A DNA stretch of 30,155 nt from Methanotrichaceae archaeon (GTDB lineage Archaea > Halobacteriota > Methanosarcinia > Methanotrichales > Methanotrichaceae), in assembly GCA_963803145.1 (NCBI GenBank), contig CAWDLW010000022.1, positions 1 through 30,155 of the forward strand, written 5' to 3'. Positions 28,152 through 30,155 of this stretch are shown here, in pieces (positions within the stretch are counted from its first letter, which is position 1; every line of letters starts with the position of its first letter). The notes beneath the pieces were generated by a model. That model had not been told where the DNA came from. It did not search any database and worked only from the letters and a program-made list of their open reading frames with translations. A program made the translations under genes and the position numbers.

Positions 28152-28839
28152 CGCTCTATGGCAGGAGGAGATTATTGAGGAGTGCAAGAGCAGAAGATCT
28201 CTTATGACAAAGCTATTGCTTCCTATGATCCTTGTAGGCCCATTGGCCTTGGCCTGGGTTCCACCTGCTATGAGGTCCGGCGGCATGGCGCTGGCAGTGA
28301 TATTTATCGGCATCTTCGGATCATCCATCGGCATTGTAGGTCTGAGAGATTCAAAGATGCTGGAAAGACTGGCTGTGCTCCCGCTTCGTCCTGCAGTCGT
28401 TGTATCCAACTATATTCTGGGAAGATCCATATTTATGGGCGTTCAGCTGGCCCTGCCTCTTGCCTTAATATTATTCGTAGGCCAGTCCCGATCGGTTTCT
28501 ATGAGTTCTATATCGTGGGTCATTCTTTGCTATGTAGCCGCACTGGTATCCGCCAGTGCCCTTGGAACAGTTGTGGCACTTATTTCTCGCTCATCCGGAG
28601 AAGTACACCTGTATGCATTCTTGGCAGTTATTGCAGTTGCCGGCCTTTCCGGCATCCTCCCAGGAACTGGTTCAATTGTCTTGGCCAGGGCTATCTCACC
28701 TTTCTGGCAGCTATCGAATACACTGCTATTTTCGTGGGGTGCATCGGACCTGTATATGCCTGCTGCCGCGCTAATTTCGGGCGCTGTAATTCTCCTAATA
28801 GCCCTGCTCATATCTCCAAGGCTATTCCAGCTAGGTTGA
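28141..28839 (+). CDS. ABC-2-type transporter permease
   Basis: About 6 TM segments and RDSKMLERLAVLPLRP. ATG 28141 overlaps the ATPase end and has a GGAGG RBS. Confidence 0.85.
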   Translation: MLPNALWQEEIIEECKSRRSLMTKLLLPMILVGPLALAWVPPAMRSGGMALAVIFIGIFGSSIGIVGLRDSKMLERLAVLPLRPAVVVSNYILGRSIFMGVQLALPLALILFVGQSRSVSMSSISWVILCYVAALVSASALGTVVALISRSSGEVHLYAFLAVIAVAGLSGILPGTGSIVLARAISPFWQLSNTLLFSWGASDLYMPAAALISGAVILLIALLISPRLFQLG

Positions 28840-28861
28840 AACTGCTTATTTCAAACTGCCA

Positions 28862-29911
28862 CTATGTATAAAGAACAGCGGCTCCTTCTATTTTTCCTTC
28901 TCTCAGACTCTCAAGCGCCTGATTCGCCTCTTCCAGAGGAAACGGAGTCACCTGGGTTTTCACAGGCACCTTTGGGGCCAGCTTAAGAAACTCCTCTCCA
29001 TCCAGACGAGTCAGATTTGCAACTGATCTTACTACCCTTTCCTCCCAGAGGATCACATAGGGTAATGATGGAATATCGCTCATGTGAATTCCTCCGCAGA
29101 CAACAACGCCACCTTTTGCCATCACTTTAAGGGCTGCCGGGACCAAGGGACCTGCGGGCGCGAAGATGATCGCTGCATCCAATGATTGAGGAGGATTCTC
29201 ATTCGATCCGCCTGACCAAATAGCACCCATATGGCGTGCGAACTCCTGTCCCTTCGTATCTCCGGGCCGAGTGAAGGCATATACCTCTATACCTTTATGC
29301 ATGGCCACCTGGGTGATGATATGTGCTGCTGCCCCAAAGCCGTAGATGCCAAGGCGCTCGACGTTTCCTTCATTTACCGCTACTCGGTAGGATCTGTAGC
29401 CTATCAGGCCTGCGCATAAAAGAGGAGCGGCCTCCAGATCGTTATAGCCTTCGGGAATTGGAAAACAATATCTTTGATCTGCCACAGTGTATCCTGCATA
29501 CCCGCCGTCCAATGTATAGCCTGTGAACTTTGGATTATCGCAGAGGTTCTCGCGGCCTGATCTGCAGTATCGGCATGTGCCATCTGTATATCCAAGCCAT
29601 GGAACGCCGACTCTGTCGCCCGGATGAAAACGGCCAGCTTTTTCGCCGACCTGAACTACTGTTCCAACGATTTCATGGCCCAAAATAAGTGGAAGCTTTG
29701 GACTTTTCAGCTCGCCATCAACTATATGGAGATCTGTGCGGCAAACTCCGCATGCATGTACCTTGATCAGGATCTGCTCAGGGCCCGGGCGAGGGACAGG
29801 AAGCTCCAAAAGCCGTAATGGCTCGGTTGGCCGCTCTAAAACCATGGCACGCATAGTTTTTGGAATATTAATGTCATTGCTGATGTTTGTATGATTAGTA
29901 CCATTATCCAT
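28862..29911 (-). CDS. Zinc-dependent alcohol dehydrogenase (MDR family, AdhP/AdhA-like)
   Basis: CGVCRTDLH, GHEIVG, structural Zn DxxCxxCx7C, APLLCAG and GIYGFGAAA. Alternative start at 29854. Confidence 0.94.
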   Translation of the reverse strand: MDNGTNHTNISNDINIPKTMRAMVLERPTEPLRLLELPVPRPGPEQILIKVHACGVCRTDLHIVDGELKSPKLPLILGHEIVGTVVQVGEKAGRFHPGDRVGVPWLGYTDGTCRYCRSGRENLCDNPKFTGYTLDGGYAGYTVADQRYCFPIPEGYNDLEAAPLLCAGLIGYRSYRVAVNEGNVERLGIYGFGAAAHIITQVAMHKGIEVYAFTRPGDTKGQEFARHMGAIWSGGSNENPPQSLDAAIIFAPAGPLVPAALKVMAKGGVVVCGGIHMSDIPSLPYVILWEERVVRSVANLTRLDGEEFLKLAPKVPVKTQVTPFPLEEANQALESLREGKIEGAAVLYT

Positions 29912-30155
29912 ATTTGCATATTCCTTTTAGCGTGGTAGGTTATTATCTTCACTTCTTAGCATGTATAATTATCGATGAGCGTAAAACACTAGAAAAGTAT
30001 TGGCTATATACTATCGTTAGGTTCCATTGCCAGTGGCGCATGGCTACTGAAGCTGGGGTGGCAAAGTAAAGAAGAGATGTATCGGAATTAGGGCAGTCGC
30101 TCTTTTCTTAGCCATTGCTCGCATAAAATTTGGCCGTAGATGAACTTATTCAATA

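Noticed and set aside
1681-29818. Numerous antisense and alternate-frame ORFs (e.g. 1681-2154, 5940-6410, 26875-27357, 28182-28871)
   Set aside because: They are shadows of well-supported genes and have no motifs.
1-30155. CRISPR array, tRNA/rRNA, multicopper oxidase or NirK
   Set aside because: No regularly spaced repeats or RNA gene signatures were seen. The cupredoxins lack the HxH type-2/3 motifs of multicopper oxidases.

Overview
Archaeal DNA, most likely from a Methanothrix/Methanotrichaceae-like methanogen. This is inferred from GGAG/GGTG RBSs, TATA-like promoters, TTG/GTG starts, many N-x-S/T sequons, and the protein at 17293, which resembles a family I recall from Methanothrix. The window opens with a low-GC partial PD-(D/E)xK nuclease, an NDT/TIR-like gene and ino1. 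The remaining ~26 kb is an accessory redox island. It encodes five secreted cupredoxin proteins or segments (9 domains, 8 with intact type-1 Cu ligands), two secreted PQQ-type beta-propeller dehydrogenases (one apparently fused to a cupredoxin across a +1 frameshift), two Y-x4-D repeat secreted proteins, a SHOCT protein and a hemerythrin. It also has a co-oriented run of cupredoxin, two tandem CydA-like genes (no CydB, no quinol-binding Q-loop motif), tandem USP and an ABC-2 transporter. Two divergent 1083-bp IS630 elements sit in TATA-like boxes. The main hypothesis is a cytochrome-c-free, copper-based cell-surface electron chain (quinoprotein to cupredoxins to a non-quinol bd-type oxidase) in a presumed strict anaerobe. 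All family assignments are by motif recognition only; no searches were run.
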